DNA from: Octopus vulgaris
Lineage: Eukaryota
Reading direction: 5' to 3'
Assembly: GCA_951406725.2 (NCBI GenBank)
Contig: OX597817.1
Span: 104,346,001 to 104,410,000, forward strand
DNA length: 64,000 nt
The first letter of the stretch is position 1. Each line of letters opens with the position of its first letter. The notes under the pieces were generated by a model. It was not told the DNA's origin, searched no databases, and saw only the letters and a list, made by a program, of their open reading frames with translations. The position numbers were made by a program, and so were the translations under genes. Shown one piece after another: positions 1 through 11,699 of this stretch.

Positions 1-49
<49 letters not shown>
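1..49. repeat. (ATAG)n microsatellite
   Basis: Perfect tetranucleotide run at the window start. Confidence 0.97.
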
Positions 50-633
50 CATCATCGCTCCGATGAATGGGCATAAACTTCCAGCTCTATGAAACATTAA
101 CATGACTCGCTGTATTATATTTTCCAATAAATCTTATTGTTCTCAAAAAAAAATTACACTGAATTTTCCCATGCGTTTACATCTTTCGACCGTTCTCACT
201 TCACCTAGGTTGCTAATACCATTTGCCAACAAGAAATTCCCTATGCGATCGCTTGGTGCCCAAGAAATCATACATCTCCATTGCGTTAAACATTCCTTTC
301 GGCCCTCCGCCCTAACAACCCGCACCTCACTCTCAAAATACGTATAATATGGTGTAAAATCAATACATTAAAAAATTCGCATCCAGGATTTCATTTCTAA
401 AAACTACACTTTAAATCAATCTTTCTTATTCCAAAATGCTAAATTATTCAAAGAACATGAGTAGCCTATTGCATTTGAGGTACTCATGAGTTGATTTTAG
501 TGCATTTATAATGAACTTGATTAATTCTTCGTCGGAGAGGTCTTGATTTTAAAATATTTTTTACTATATTTTTATAAATAGAAATATTAATATTTCTAAG
601 TCTCTTTAAAGGAGACTACGGCAGCGGTACTGG

Positions 634-950
634 ATATTAATAGTTATCGCCAAGCTAACATGGCATTCCAGAAAAATAGGACGAATGCTGCCGTTGATTA
701 GCTCCAAGATGCCATCGCCTCTAGTTAGCTATGTGACACACGAACCTGTGTCCATTATAACCTTCGAACATCTGTAGATGCCAGACCAGCAAGGGGAAAC
801 GGCTGACCTCCCCCGTTGGAAAGTTATAATGGACACAGGTTCGTGTGTCACATAGCTAGCTAGAGACTATGGCCTCTTGGAGCTAATCGACGGCAGTATT
901 CGTCCTATCTTTCTGGACTGCCATGTTAGCTTGGCGATAACTATTAATAT
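634..950. mobile_element. Foldback/MITE-like element with ~136-bp inverted arms
   Basis: 634-769 (ATATTAATAGTTATCGCCAAGCTAACATGGCA...) is the near reverse complement of 815-950; ~45-bp spacer; no ORF. Confidence 0.85.
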
Positions 951-2050
951 ATTTTTATAATTTTACCAGAAGTACAACACTATGGTATTTTTGTCGGTCC
1001 TTCAAGATTGAAGGAGAAACAATGAAAGCCCCGGAAACCTAACCTAAATAACTGCAACAATTTAAACTTTGCTGAGGGCTTCCAAGAAATAGATTGTGGT
1101 GTTAAACCATGTGACTGATTAGGTTTATCCACCAAAGAATATGCATTTATGGTCAAATGCAGCGCCACCCAACTTTTGTTGTACCGAGAACCGGTTTCAA
1201 CCAAGGTAATTTTCTCAAAGACCGAGAGATCACATGCATAGCAAAGCACAGTAAAGTGCATAATATATAATTTAATTATTACATATATAATACGTATATA
1301 CAACGCATATAACACATATATGATGCAAAAACACCCTGCAGATTGTAATAGTCAATCAAACAGAAAGATTAAAATTTTAAAATTTATTCTTTCTGTGCGG
1401 CCCGGTACTGGCCCACAGCTTGGTGGTTGGGGGCTGAAAGTCTACTGGCCCACCATTTTTCTTTTCTTTCTTTTTTCTATTTTTGCTTATAGTTACGATC
1501 TCAGACTAAACACCAGTGGAAACAGAGAATGTAAAATATTAAATTCACAACTTCAGGGGCAGCCAGGGAATGTAGGTTGAAACCCCCATCTGATATTTAT
1601 TATTGCTTTTTATTTTTCCTTTGGGATTTATGATTTTAGTGTTTATGTTTGTTGTGTTTAAGCATATTTACACTCAAAGGTTTACAAGAGACAAAGGAAA
1701 CAAAACAAATTCTAAAAAGCTAAAATCAGGTCAAATCGATAACATCGATAAGGATACACTTGTGAAGACTAAAAAATAATAATTCTACCATGTGCTTGTT
1801 GTCATTGACTAATTGTCCACAATACCAAGAATTCTAACTATGCTACACCACATGTAACTTTTTTAACAACACAAAAAAAACACCACTCAAGGGCCCACAC
1901 TCAAACTTGGAATATTTATTTTTGTCTTAATTAGAATTATACCCACAGAAATGAGGAAAAACATCATAATTCAGGCACGAGTGACTACCCTGGAATTAAA
2001 GTTAATAAAATACAGAATAGTGTGGACAGTAAGTCTGATCTTTAGCAGTA

Positions 2051-2432
2051 TACTCTCTTTACTCTTTTACTTGTTTCAGTCATTTGACTGCGGCCATGCT
2101 GGAGCACCACCTTTAGTCGAGCAAATCGACCGCATGACTTATTCTTTGTAAGCCTAGTACTTATTCTATCGGCCTCTTTTGCCGAACCGCTAAGTTACGG
2201 GGACGTAAACACACCAGCATCGGTTGTCAAGCGATGTTAGTGGGGCAAACACAGACACACACATATATACATATATACGACAGGCTTCTTTCAGTTTCCG
2301 TCTACCAAATCCACTCACAAGGCTTTGGTCGGCCCGAGGCTACAGTAGAAGACACTTGCCCAAGGTGCTACGCAGTGGGATTGAACCCGGAACCATGTGG
2401 TTGGTAAGCAAGCTACTTACAACACAGCCATC
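2051..2432 (-). mobile_element. tRNA-derived SINE, family A
   Basis: Minus strand has A-box-like TGGCTGTGTTGTAAG, B-box GGTTCAATCCC, then CCTTGGGCAAGT core; related copies at 4460, 39470, 46075, 52010, 61297. Confidence 0.85.
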
Positions 2433-4138
2433 CTCGGAACTTTCCAGGAATTCCCTACCCTGAAATTTTCCAGGAAGTCCATATGGCGACAATTCCGCAC
2501 ATATTTCGGTTTTATTGATCTCATCAGCACATATAATTGGTTGTTGCTGTTGTTGTTTAGCTCCAGATCAACTCTGACTATGATCAATATTATTCCAGCG
2601 GTGATCATCCTGTTACTGTGTATATCTAAAAAAAATAGTGGGCAACATTCTTAAGACGGTAGAGTGTAGTTTGAAGAAGATTTAACTGTTATCTCTAGAA
2701 AATAGAACGACCTTATACAGGCTTTCATTGACGCGTACATGATTAGCACGAAAAGTTGAAAGATGTCTGCTTCAATGGGATTTGAATTCACTTAATCTAC
2801 CACCTCACTGCATTCCCTGTGATTATATCAATATAAGATTGTGAGACACAGTGCAACGGTCTGTTCAACAAGATGTGTCCTACATGTGAAATCAAGAAAG
2901 AACTCGTAAGTACATCATTACACTTTAATTTATCCTGAGTCAGATTTTCATGTCACACAACCGTTCGTTTTCAGAAGTTTAGCCATTTATGACATAACCA
3001 AGCTGAATCTTAACGAGCAGGTGAGTAAGGTACAGCTGTTTCTCAGTGACAACTTCAGATGTTGTGTTAAACTGTCAAGTGTATATGTGTACGCCATGCC
3101 CTCCAGGCGTGACTCTTTCCAGTCCGTACACAACCACAGCTTTTAATTGGATAAACAGCAAATGATTTAACAACAACTATGCTGAAGCTGCTCCAGCTGA
3201 AGAATATGGGTTAAACGACTAGGAGAAAACCATCCGTCATGTTTTTATGCAGAGAAAATCTTGAACCGTAGTCAAGAACTGCCAGTATTTCCCTTCAGCT
3301 GCTAACTTAGGAATTGAAATTAAACATTAACGGTGATAATCTCATTCAAGAAATAATCTTGTACTTTACTCTCTTTAGCTAAAAACAATACACAGTTAAA
3401 ATCTCAAAATCACTGAAAAAGCTTGCTCTCACACTCTCTGCTGATCTCATAGCCAAAACGGTGTCCGAAAGACCAGCCTTCTTCTTCAAAGCTAAAAAAA
3501 TATGCCATGGCAACCTAACATATTTAACATTTCAAAAACTGCATCACAATAACAAGCGCTTCTTTTTTAGGTCATAAAGATCTTCAACCCTGATCGGTTA
3601 CTCACCCTCAGCAAAGTTCAAGTAAAATTGCTCACTGTGTATTGCTCACACGATGCTGCTGCTCTATATGCGAACATATGAAAAAATGTCCCTATCCTAA
3701 AAACTACCGAATATTCACACAAAATACTCTTTTTGCCCCATTTATTGCTACAACAATGGCTTCTAAATTTACTTGTATAATCACTCGTCCCAAGCCCCCT
3801 AAACCTACCTATCTTTCCTTCGGTCATATTTATTGTGCCATACCTAGATCAAACATTAGTCTATCTTCCCAAAACAACCTTTGAGATTTTTGCCCAACAA
3901 ACATCGGAGCTACAGATATGAGTGCTGAACATCAACCTCATCGATCTCCCCAGTGTAGAAAACACTTCAAAGTTCATGGTTTCTGACGTTACCTTCTGGT
4001 TAACTTCGAAAAAAGAGCAAATGATACTTTTAAAAAAAGTTAATAGTTGGCTATTGGTTTTCTCCAAATACAGTCACATATTTTGGCCCATTGCTAAAAA
4101 AAATGTACTTCAACTAAGTTCCTTGATTTTGAACAGAT

Positions 4139-4459
<321 letters not shown>

Positions 4460-4558
4460 CGAATGACTTCTTTCAGTTCTTGTCAACCAAATCCACTCAC
4501 AAGGCTGTAATCGGCCCGAGGCTATTGTAAAAGACACTTACCCAAGGTGCTACGTAGT
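4460..4558 (-). mobile_element. SINE family A internal fragment lacking its tRNA head
   Basis: Matches ~2278-2376 (CTTCTTTCAGTT...AAATCCACTCACAAGGCT...CCCAAGGTGCTACG). Confidence 0.85.
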
Positions 4559-4561
4559 AAT

Positions 4562-4603
4562 AAAAATATGGAACGCTTCACGAATTTGCGTGTCATCCTT
4601 GCG
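4562..4603 (-). pseudogene. U6: U6 snRNA 3' fragment (42 nt), retroposed
   Basis: Minus strand reads CGCAAGGATGACACGCAAATTCGTGAAGCGTTCCATATTTTT, the conserved metazoan U6 3' end; the 5' part including the ACAGAGA box is absent. Confidence 0.92.
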
Positions 4604-4684
4604 AATAAATACACACACACTTATATGAGTGTATGAATGTACGTTTGTATGTGTGCACGCATGCATGTATGTATGTATAGTTGA

Positions 4685-6066
4685 TGTATGTACAGATGGT
4701 TTTCTGTATTGCATTCAGAAACTGCAGATATGGTATTTACATCCATTATCGAACCTCTGGCAGCATATTTAATATCAAGCCCTTTGCTGCAAAAACAAAG
4801 GTATTTACCTCTATCATAAGAGACCTTTTGTGTGCAGATGATTGTGATCTAGTAGCGCACACAGAGATTGATATGCAATACATTTTGAATGCATTCTCTG
4901 ATGCTTGCACTGCCTTAGGATTGACAGTCAATCTCAAGAAAACTCTTGTCATGTACCAACCTGCCCTTGGTAAGCAGTATAGTGTACCAAATATATATGT
5001 ATATGGTAAACGACTTGATGTAGTTGATCAGTTTGTCTACCTGGGAAGCACTGTTAATAGATATGGCAATTTGGCTGATGAAATTCCATACAGAATTGGG
5101 AAAGCAAGTGATGCTTTCGGAAGGCTAGAAAGGCGCCTCTGGAGTCGGCGAGACATATGCAGAAAGATAAAGATAAAGGTGCACAAGGCATGTGTGCTCC
5201 CTTCTCTTCTCTATGCCTGCGAGACGTGGTTCACTTATCGATACCACCTTAAACAACTGGAACGTTTCCATCAGATGTGTCTCAGACGGATCTATGGCAT
5301 TAAGAGGGACTGCATCAGTGATCTTTAAATGTTGGAAGGCTCTCGGTGCGAAAGTATAGAAGCTCTTGTGTTAAAGGAAAGGCTCAGATGGAGTGGTCAT
5401 CTGATCAGGATGAAGGATTCCAGGATGCCAAAACAACTCTTTTATGGAGAGTTAGCTGAAGGAGAACGACCCCCACATAAACCAAAAAAGATATATAAGG
5501 ACTTGCTGAAGGCTTCCTTAAGAGATGCTTGCATTTCTCCTGACACATGGGAGGGCATAGCTATTGATTGTAGCAGGTGGAGAAGGATTGTGCATGAGGA
5601 GACAGCTACTTTTGAGAAATCTCGAGTTGCGCATGAGAAAGTAAGGAGGGATGTCAGGAAGAGCATTGCTGTTACACTTCCAGATGGGAAGGGTATTCCT
5701 ATGATGCTGACATGCAGTGTCTGTGCAAGACCTTGCCTCAGTAAAGCTGGACTCAAGAGTCATCTTTGTTGTCATAAAGCAAAACAGATGAGTGACAACC
5801 TGGCCACTGGTGATGGTGTTAGACACCATACTAATCATATCTGTCAGGCATGTGGAAGAGAGTGTAATTCGGCAGGAGGACTTAAACGACATGCAAAGGT
5901 ACATGAAGCCCAGTTACAACTACAGCCGGCTATTACCGGTAAAGGTTTTAGTTGCCAATTCTGCACAAGGCATTGTAGATCTTTAGCTGGGCTAAAAAGT
6001 CATTCGATCACAGCACCAATAACAGTTAAGCTTCGTGCAATGGCCATACTCGAGGGGGCAGCCATC
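4685..6066 (+). mobile_element. 5'-truncated RTE-clade LINE (C-terminal RT plus three C2H2 fingers)
   Basis: ORFs 4681-5328 and 5329-6078 are in one frame split by a stop; LLCADDCDL (YADD-like), FVYLGS, RLRWSGHLIRM, PKQLFYGEL; 12-bp TSD ATGTATAGTTGA at 4673-4684 and 6067-6078. Confidence 0.9.
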
Positions 6067-6294
6067 ATGTATAGTTGACACCATAAGGTTTTATAATCTT
6101 TTGAGAGACCGTGGGATAATTCGTTTTTTTTTTATTTGGATCTCGAAGCACATATAATGCAATAAATAATAAAAAATGTCGAAGGCTGCCTTCGGCTTTT
6201 TTTATGTAAATGAGTTTTTCAACGCAACATTTACATGCTGCTGTTTATAGCTTTACAAGTATGTGTAGTTCGAGATCCGGTTCTCAAAATGAAT

Positions 6295-6600
6295 TACACA
6301 CACACATACACATGCAAAGACAAATAAGGACACAGACATGCCCTCACACCCACACGGACACACACATATACGCATATGCACACACACGGAAACATGCATA
6401 CAGAAGTACACACACACACAAACACAGAGGAACTCATACACCTATGCAAACACATACACACAGACACACACACATAAAGACACACTGAAACACAGACACG
6501 TTCACGCAAACACAGACACACACGCTCGTGCACATATTCCCTCCCATATACACATGGAAACGCGCACGCATACGCAAGCACATGCTCACACGTATATAGA
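6295..6600. repeat. Degenerate (AC)n-rich low-complexity tract
   Basis: Directly visible; source of spurious His/Thr and Val/Cys ORFs. Confidence 0.9.
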
Positions 6601-7219
6601 TATCAATTTATTCAACAGTTCTCAAACAAAGAAGACGGTTTAAATGTCTTTGAGAAGAACGTTATATGGATGAACGTGTGCGTTTGCGAAGAAGACAAAG
6701 AGAAAACCAAAACCGCTATCTTATGTATATGAAAAATGACATAGTCAGTATTTAAAACACACACACACACACATACGGATGCACACACTTACGTATAAGC
6801 ACACACACATGCAGACATGCACACACTTACATACTCATCTTAGACAGATCTCGGACGAATCCCAACGCTGGGACATAAGTTCAAAAGAAATGGAAGTAGA
6901 GAGACGTGTCACTGAAGAGATTGCAACAATGCGATGAAATAATTGACAAAAAAAGAAATGATAACACTAACAATGCTCAACATTTGAACAAATAACTGTT
7001 TGACCAAGGTGTTGAACATATGAGTTTGAAAAACTAACAAAAACGGCTGATCGATAAATTGGTTGACGGAGTAACTAACCCATTAACTAACAATAACAAT
7101 AAAAGAGCGAACCAGTGCGTGTGTTTATTATTACCGGCATAATGCACCTCCCAAGGTTCAATAGTATTTCTTTCGACACACGAATTGACATCAAGAATAT
7201 ATATATTTATGTATGCATG

Positions 7220-7263
7220 CATGTATATACATGTATGTATGTAGGTGACGTCTTGTACCTACG

Positions 7264-7325
<62 letters not shown>

Positions 7326-7470
7326 CGTTAAACTAATGCACCTGTTTGTTGTCTACACCACCTGTCTTCGTCTTTTATGGGGTTTTTTTTGTGAATTCTT
7401 CACATATAAATATAATATATATAATAGAGACGCGTGCGTATTCACTTTTCATGCGAAAACGGCTTCACCA
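7220..7470 (+). repeat. Local ~250-bp direct duplication, copy 1 (copy 2 = 7471-7660 plus 10781-10830)
   Basis: GTAGGTGACGTCTTGTACC-(TA)n-CGTTAAACTAATGCACC...GTGAATTCT...AGAGACGC..GTATTCACTTTTCATG.GAAAACGGCTTCACCA occurs twice; copy 2 is split by an insertion. Confidence 0.85.
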
Positions 7471-7515
7471 TACATGTATATACATGTATGTATGTAGGTG
7501 ACGTCTTGTACCCAC

Positions 7516-7563
<48 letters not shown>

Positions 7564-7721
7564 TTAAACTAATGCACCTGTTTGTTGTCTACACCACCTG
7601 TCTTCGTCTTTTGTGTTTTGTTTTCTTTTTTGTGAATTCTCTCCATACATATATAATATACTAGCTTAAGGTGACCTGCTCTACGCGCGGGTAAGAGTGT
7701 GGTATATATATAAATATATAC

Positions 7722-7779
<58 letters not shown>

Positions 7780-7802
7780 CAGATATATACACTTTGTATA
7801 TA

Positions 7803-9043
7803 TCTCTTATTATAAAAGGCAGATTTTATCTGCCTCCCTTTGTAACTTATAGAAATCTACAATATAGGATTTCTTCAATTACAATTTACCTACCATTTTT
7901 GAGAGTAGAATGCATCGGGTCATGCCAGGTCCAGTTTTTAAAATTTAAACTCCAATTAAGCAAAATTTACAGAAAACTCACATTCTGGTGTGTATGTCAA
8001 ATGCTTTTCTTAATGTGGTTTACACCACACGCACACGCACACACACAGTGTGCAACGAATAAAATGAAAGTAAATAGCGACAGAGTGATTTGAGGAAGAC
8101 TAAACTGAAAGTATTTAAACCACTACTCAAAAAATAAAAAAACACAGCAAACAGAAACAAATAAATACATAACGATTTACTCCTCACACAATTTCTTCAA
8201 TTAGAGTGTACCCATGATTTTTCAGAGTACTTCAGTGGGTGATGCCATAAAAAATTTCTTTCAATTTTACCACCAATTAAGACAAAATTCGAGAAAACTC
8301 AATATTTTAACATATCACTCCGAAAGCATTGATGTACATGTGTGCGTGCGTGAGTGTGTGTGTGTGTCATTCCTCACACACACGCATACACATACATATA
8401 TGAGAGTGGCAAACACAAACGTTTCAAACAACTACATACAAACACGTGTGTGTTTGTTATTAATAAAAAAGGCGCCAAAACACAACTCACTTATCATTCC
8501 AACACATTTGCAAAGACACACGGACGGTGGAATTGCTATAACAATACAGAAAAGGTAAATTGGTTTTTATTTTACTCTGTATATATTTTATTATATAATA
8601 TTATATATAGATATATGTATATATAATTGCAGTATGAAACAGTGTTTATGTATAAACAGACGACACTTATATATAGTTATTATAATAAGAGATTAATAAA
8701 TGTATGCATCCGTTTAACCCTTTCGTTACCAAACCGCCCGAATTTACCTATTCATATTTAAATGAGAATATCAGAGCAAATCTCTTTAGTACATTCGTGA
8801 AAACACGTATTATACTTCGTAAACACTTCAACTACAGTTTTGTACAAAAATCGAAGTGTAATTTTAATTCCATGAATTATGGGAGATTTTTTTCCGAAAT
8901 TTGTTCCTATTGTGTTTTCAAAATTTGTAATTCTAACAAAAAATGGATTCGAATTTCATGATATCAAGCAGCGAGTCAGAATTCGAAGGATTTTCTACTG
9001 AAGACCTTCATAAATCTAACTCTATGACTGAAAAAAAGAAGCA
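7803..9043 (+). mobile_element. Non-autonomous Helitron 5' portion (own 3' end not seen; may share the 9438 end)
   Basis: A|TCTCTTATTATAAAAGGC 5' terminus at 7803, within an AT microsatellite. Confidence 0.5.
8718..8920. mobile_element. One end of the piggyBac-type non-autonomous element
   Basis: TTAA|CCCTTTCGTTACC; the next ~190 bp match the reverse complement of ~38030-38211. Confidence 0.75.
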
Positions 9044-9438
9044 TCTTTATATAAGAGTGAAGTTGTGTGTCTGTCTCCTACGATTTAGATTCCTAACTAC
9101 TCCCACATTTTGCGGTGCAGTTTAACCAAAAGCGGGTATCTTATAGTCGTGATTCATATCGAGCCCTTCTGGGTATTAGCGCGCGTCTACGATGAGTCTA
9201 CGATTTAAAAAAAATTTACCATCATATTTTTCCATTTTAATGCATTTTTTCGCTTTTATATAAGGGAAGTAACTCTCTAAAAATATCTACGATGTGTCAA
9301 CGATTTAAAAAAAAATTTACCTTAATTTTTTTTTAAATTTTTAATGCATTTTTTTGCTATTTTTTGGCTATAACTCTCTAAAAATGCTTATATAGTTATT
9401 TCCCTTACAACCCGAGCAACGCCGGGCGATACTGCTAG
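9044..9438 (+). mobile_element. Non-autonomous Helitron
   Basis: A|TCTTTATATAAGAGTGAAGTTGTGTGTCTG 5' end; 3' hairpin CCCGAGC-AAC-GCCGGG then CTAG|T. Confidence 0.8.
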
Positions 9439-9453
9439 TACATTATATATACA

Positions 9454-10252
9454 TCTATATATATAAAACTCAACTTGTGTGTCTGTGTGTTTAACTTCCC
9501 GGCACATCTCCTCCTAGCCAACAAATCGTAGAACCACCAAAAATGGGTCACTTAAAGTTTAGGCGAATGAAAATTGAACTGCGCTATTTCTGTTCCGAAA
9601 TTCATCTCGCAAGTGCAAAAATCGATAATGTGTTTGTTTAGGCCTCATCCCATGCATTGAATAGTGAACTTTACTCAGTCAGCTATTTGACGTGAACTGT
9701 GTTCAACACGCGTGCAAGCATGAAAAATAAAAAATAAAAATATAAAAACGAATCGCCGTAAACATTGTAGAAATTCGACAAAGAAATGAATTTTCGGGAT
9801 GTAGCCTGGAGGGCTTTTTCGAATTAATCGTTTGGACTTTGTGAACACATACCAATTGTTTTCATAACATTTTTAACGCTTTGAATTAAATGTGACCATT
9901 TTGCGTTGAGTCTGCAGTTTGAATCACTTTAACCAAATTTTAGCAGGCCGGATTTTTGATCATCACGATACATCGCCAGCGACTCCCTGAAACTCTCCCT
10001 TGAAATCCCCGTTGAGAAATACTGATATAAAAGAATAATTCAACAATGCAATTATTTGATCAACAAAAATTTATGAAACGCTTCTACGTACTTCCTATTG
10101 AGGAAATGGAACACATAAGCGCAAAAATAGAGGGCATTAAATCTTTGATTTTAAAACCAAAATAATTGAATTTTGATTGAACTTCATCCAAGTTTAGCTT
10201 AATTCGCGCTTGCATTGAACGCACGAGCGCACGAGCCGAGCAATACTGCTAG
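9454..10252 (+). mobile_element. Non-autonomous Helitron
   Basis: A|TCTATATATATAAAACTCAACTTGTGTGTCTG 5' end; 3' end ...CAATACTGCTAG|T resembles the 9438 terminus, with a decayed hairpin. Confidence 0.75.
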
Positions 10253-11699
10253 TATTTATATATAGAACACACACACACACATAAATTAACCAAATAAATA
10301 TCTGATTCATAATATTTGTTCTCATGGTTGTGTGGTGGTGGTGGCGATGATAATTCTCTCTATGAATGCAGACAGACGTAAAGAGAGAGAGAGAGTACGT
10401 GTGATAGCGCTGGCGAAGGCGGAGGAGGAAAGATAGTAGACGCTATCGAACGACGTTATAGAGAGAAATTGAAAGGAAGGGAGGTAGACGCTGTGAAACG
10501 ACGTTATAGAGAGAAATTGAAGGGAAGGGAGGAAAAAGAGTGAGAGATGGAGAAAGACAGACACATAAAAGAATGAGAGGAGACTCAAAGTGTACGTTTT
10601 TGGCCCTAGCAACCACACCTTTTAAGATGGGGATTTCTAGCCCACTCGCATCCTCGCCTCATTTTACATGTCCCTGTAAATTTTGGAGTCAATCCGACGG
10701 GATCTAGTGGCCTTTAACCCGTTCTCAATGCCAAAACCAGACAAACAAACTTTTCGCATTTCAGAATTATAATATAGAGATATACTAGAGACGCTTGAGT
10801 ATTCACTTTTCATGGGAAAACGGCTTCACCAATTGCTATCATACTTGTGATGCATGAATAATTTGACCTCGGACAAATTATAGGCTATTCATTTGATTTT
10901 TTTTTTTTTATTAAAAATTATTAAAAATAAAAAATATTTACATGCTGCTATTGCTTTTTATATTACATTCACGACTTTGAAAGATTTGAAAATATTTGCT
11001 TCCGATTTTCTAGCATCAAAGACGTAACATATCTCTTTATGTATCCATCTCTCTCTTTATGCATCAATCTCTCGCTATCTACCTCTATCTATATCTCTTG
11101 TTTTCACTTTCATTTTTCAGACGCTATTCTTTTCACTTTCAGTTTTCATACGCCATTGTTTAATTTCCATGTTATTGTTTTCACTGTAAGTCTAAATTTT
11201 GAATCACTATTTATAAATAAACAACGACTAATTACTGATAGAAAGAAATTCGCAATTACTGATGTAAGCAATTTCATAATTTACTGACAGAAGTATCTTC
11301 ATTAATTTCACTTCAATCCGTACGGTTTCAATTTTCCCACGCCATTGTTTTTTCACTTTAACTACAATCGTTATTATTTTGACTGTAAGTTTAAGTTTTA
11401 AATTGCTATTTATGACAACTTCACTATTACTGATGTAATTTCATAATTTACTGAGAGAAGTACGGTTTTGTGTTTTTCAGTTGCTGATGGGGTTTTTTCT
11501 GGTTCCTTCGATACTGACTCTTTGGTTAACTGAGTGACAAATTTCGCTTCAACCCGTACAATACTTTATTTTCAGTTAAAATTTCTTATTTGCTTTCTGC
11601 CCGTCGTGTTAAGAAACATAATTTCCGTTACCTTGTTTACTATCTTCTGCACCCGTGTATTTCTGTATACGTATATAACCATACCTAGAAGGAAAGTAT

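Larger units (their letters stand above)
7661..10780 (-). mobile_element. Non-autonomous Helitron, outer element hosting nested insertions
   Basis: Minus-strand 5' end A|TCTCTATATTATAA at 10780; 3' hairpin ACCCGCGC-GTA-GAGCAGGT then CTAG|T at 7661; the paralogous empty site near 7410-7430 supports the boundaries; no TSD. Confidence 0.75.

Noticed and set aside
2481-2535. Minus-strand hammerhead-like motif (CTGATGA..GAAA..GTC)
   Set aside because: Stem II (GATC/AACC) and the core-proximal stem I pairs are mismatched; at best a dead relic
2850-4130. Complex, possibly once-coding stretch with several short ORFs
   Set aside because: No protein motif or termini recognised; may be an old TE but cannot be supported without a database search
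4562-4603. Functional U6 snRNA gene
   Set aside because: The 5' ~60% including the ACAGAGA box is missing
5329-6078. Host C2H2 zinc-finger gene
   Set aside because: In frame with the RTE RT and enclosed by the LINE's TSD
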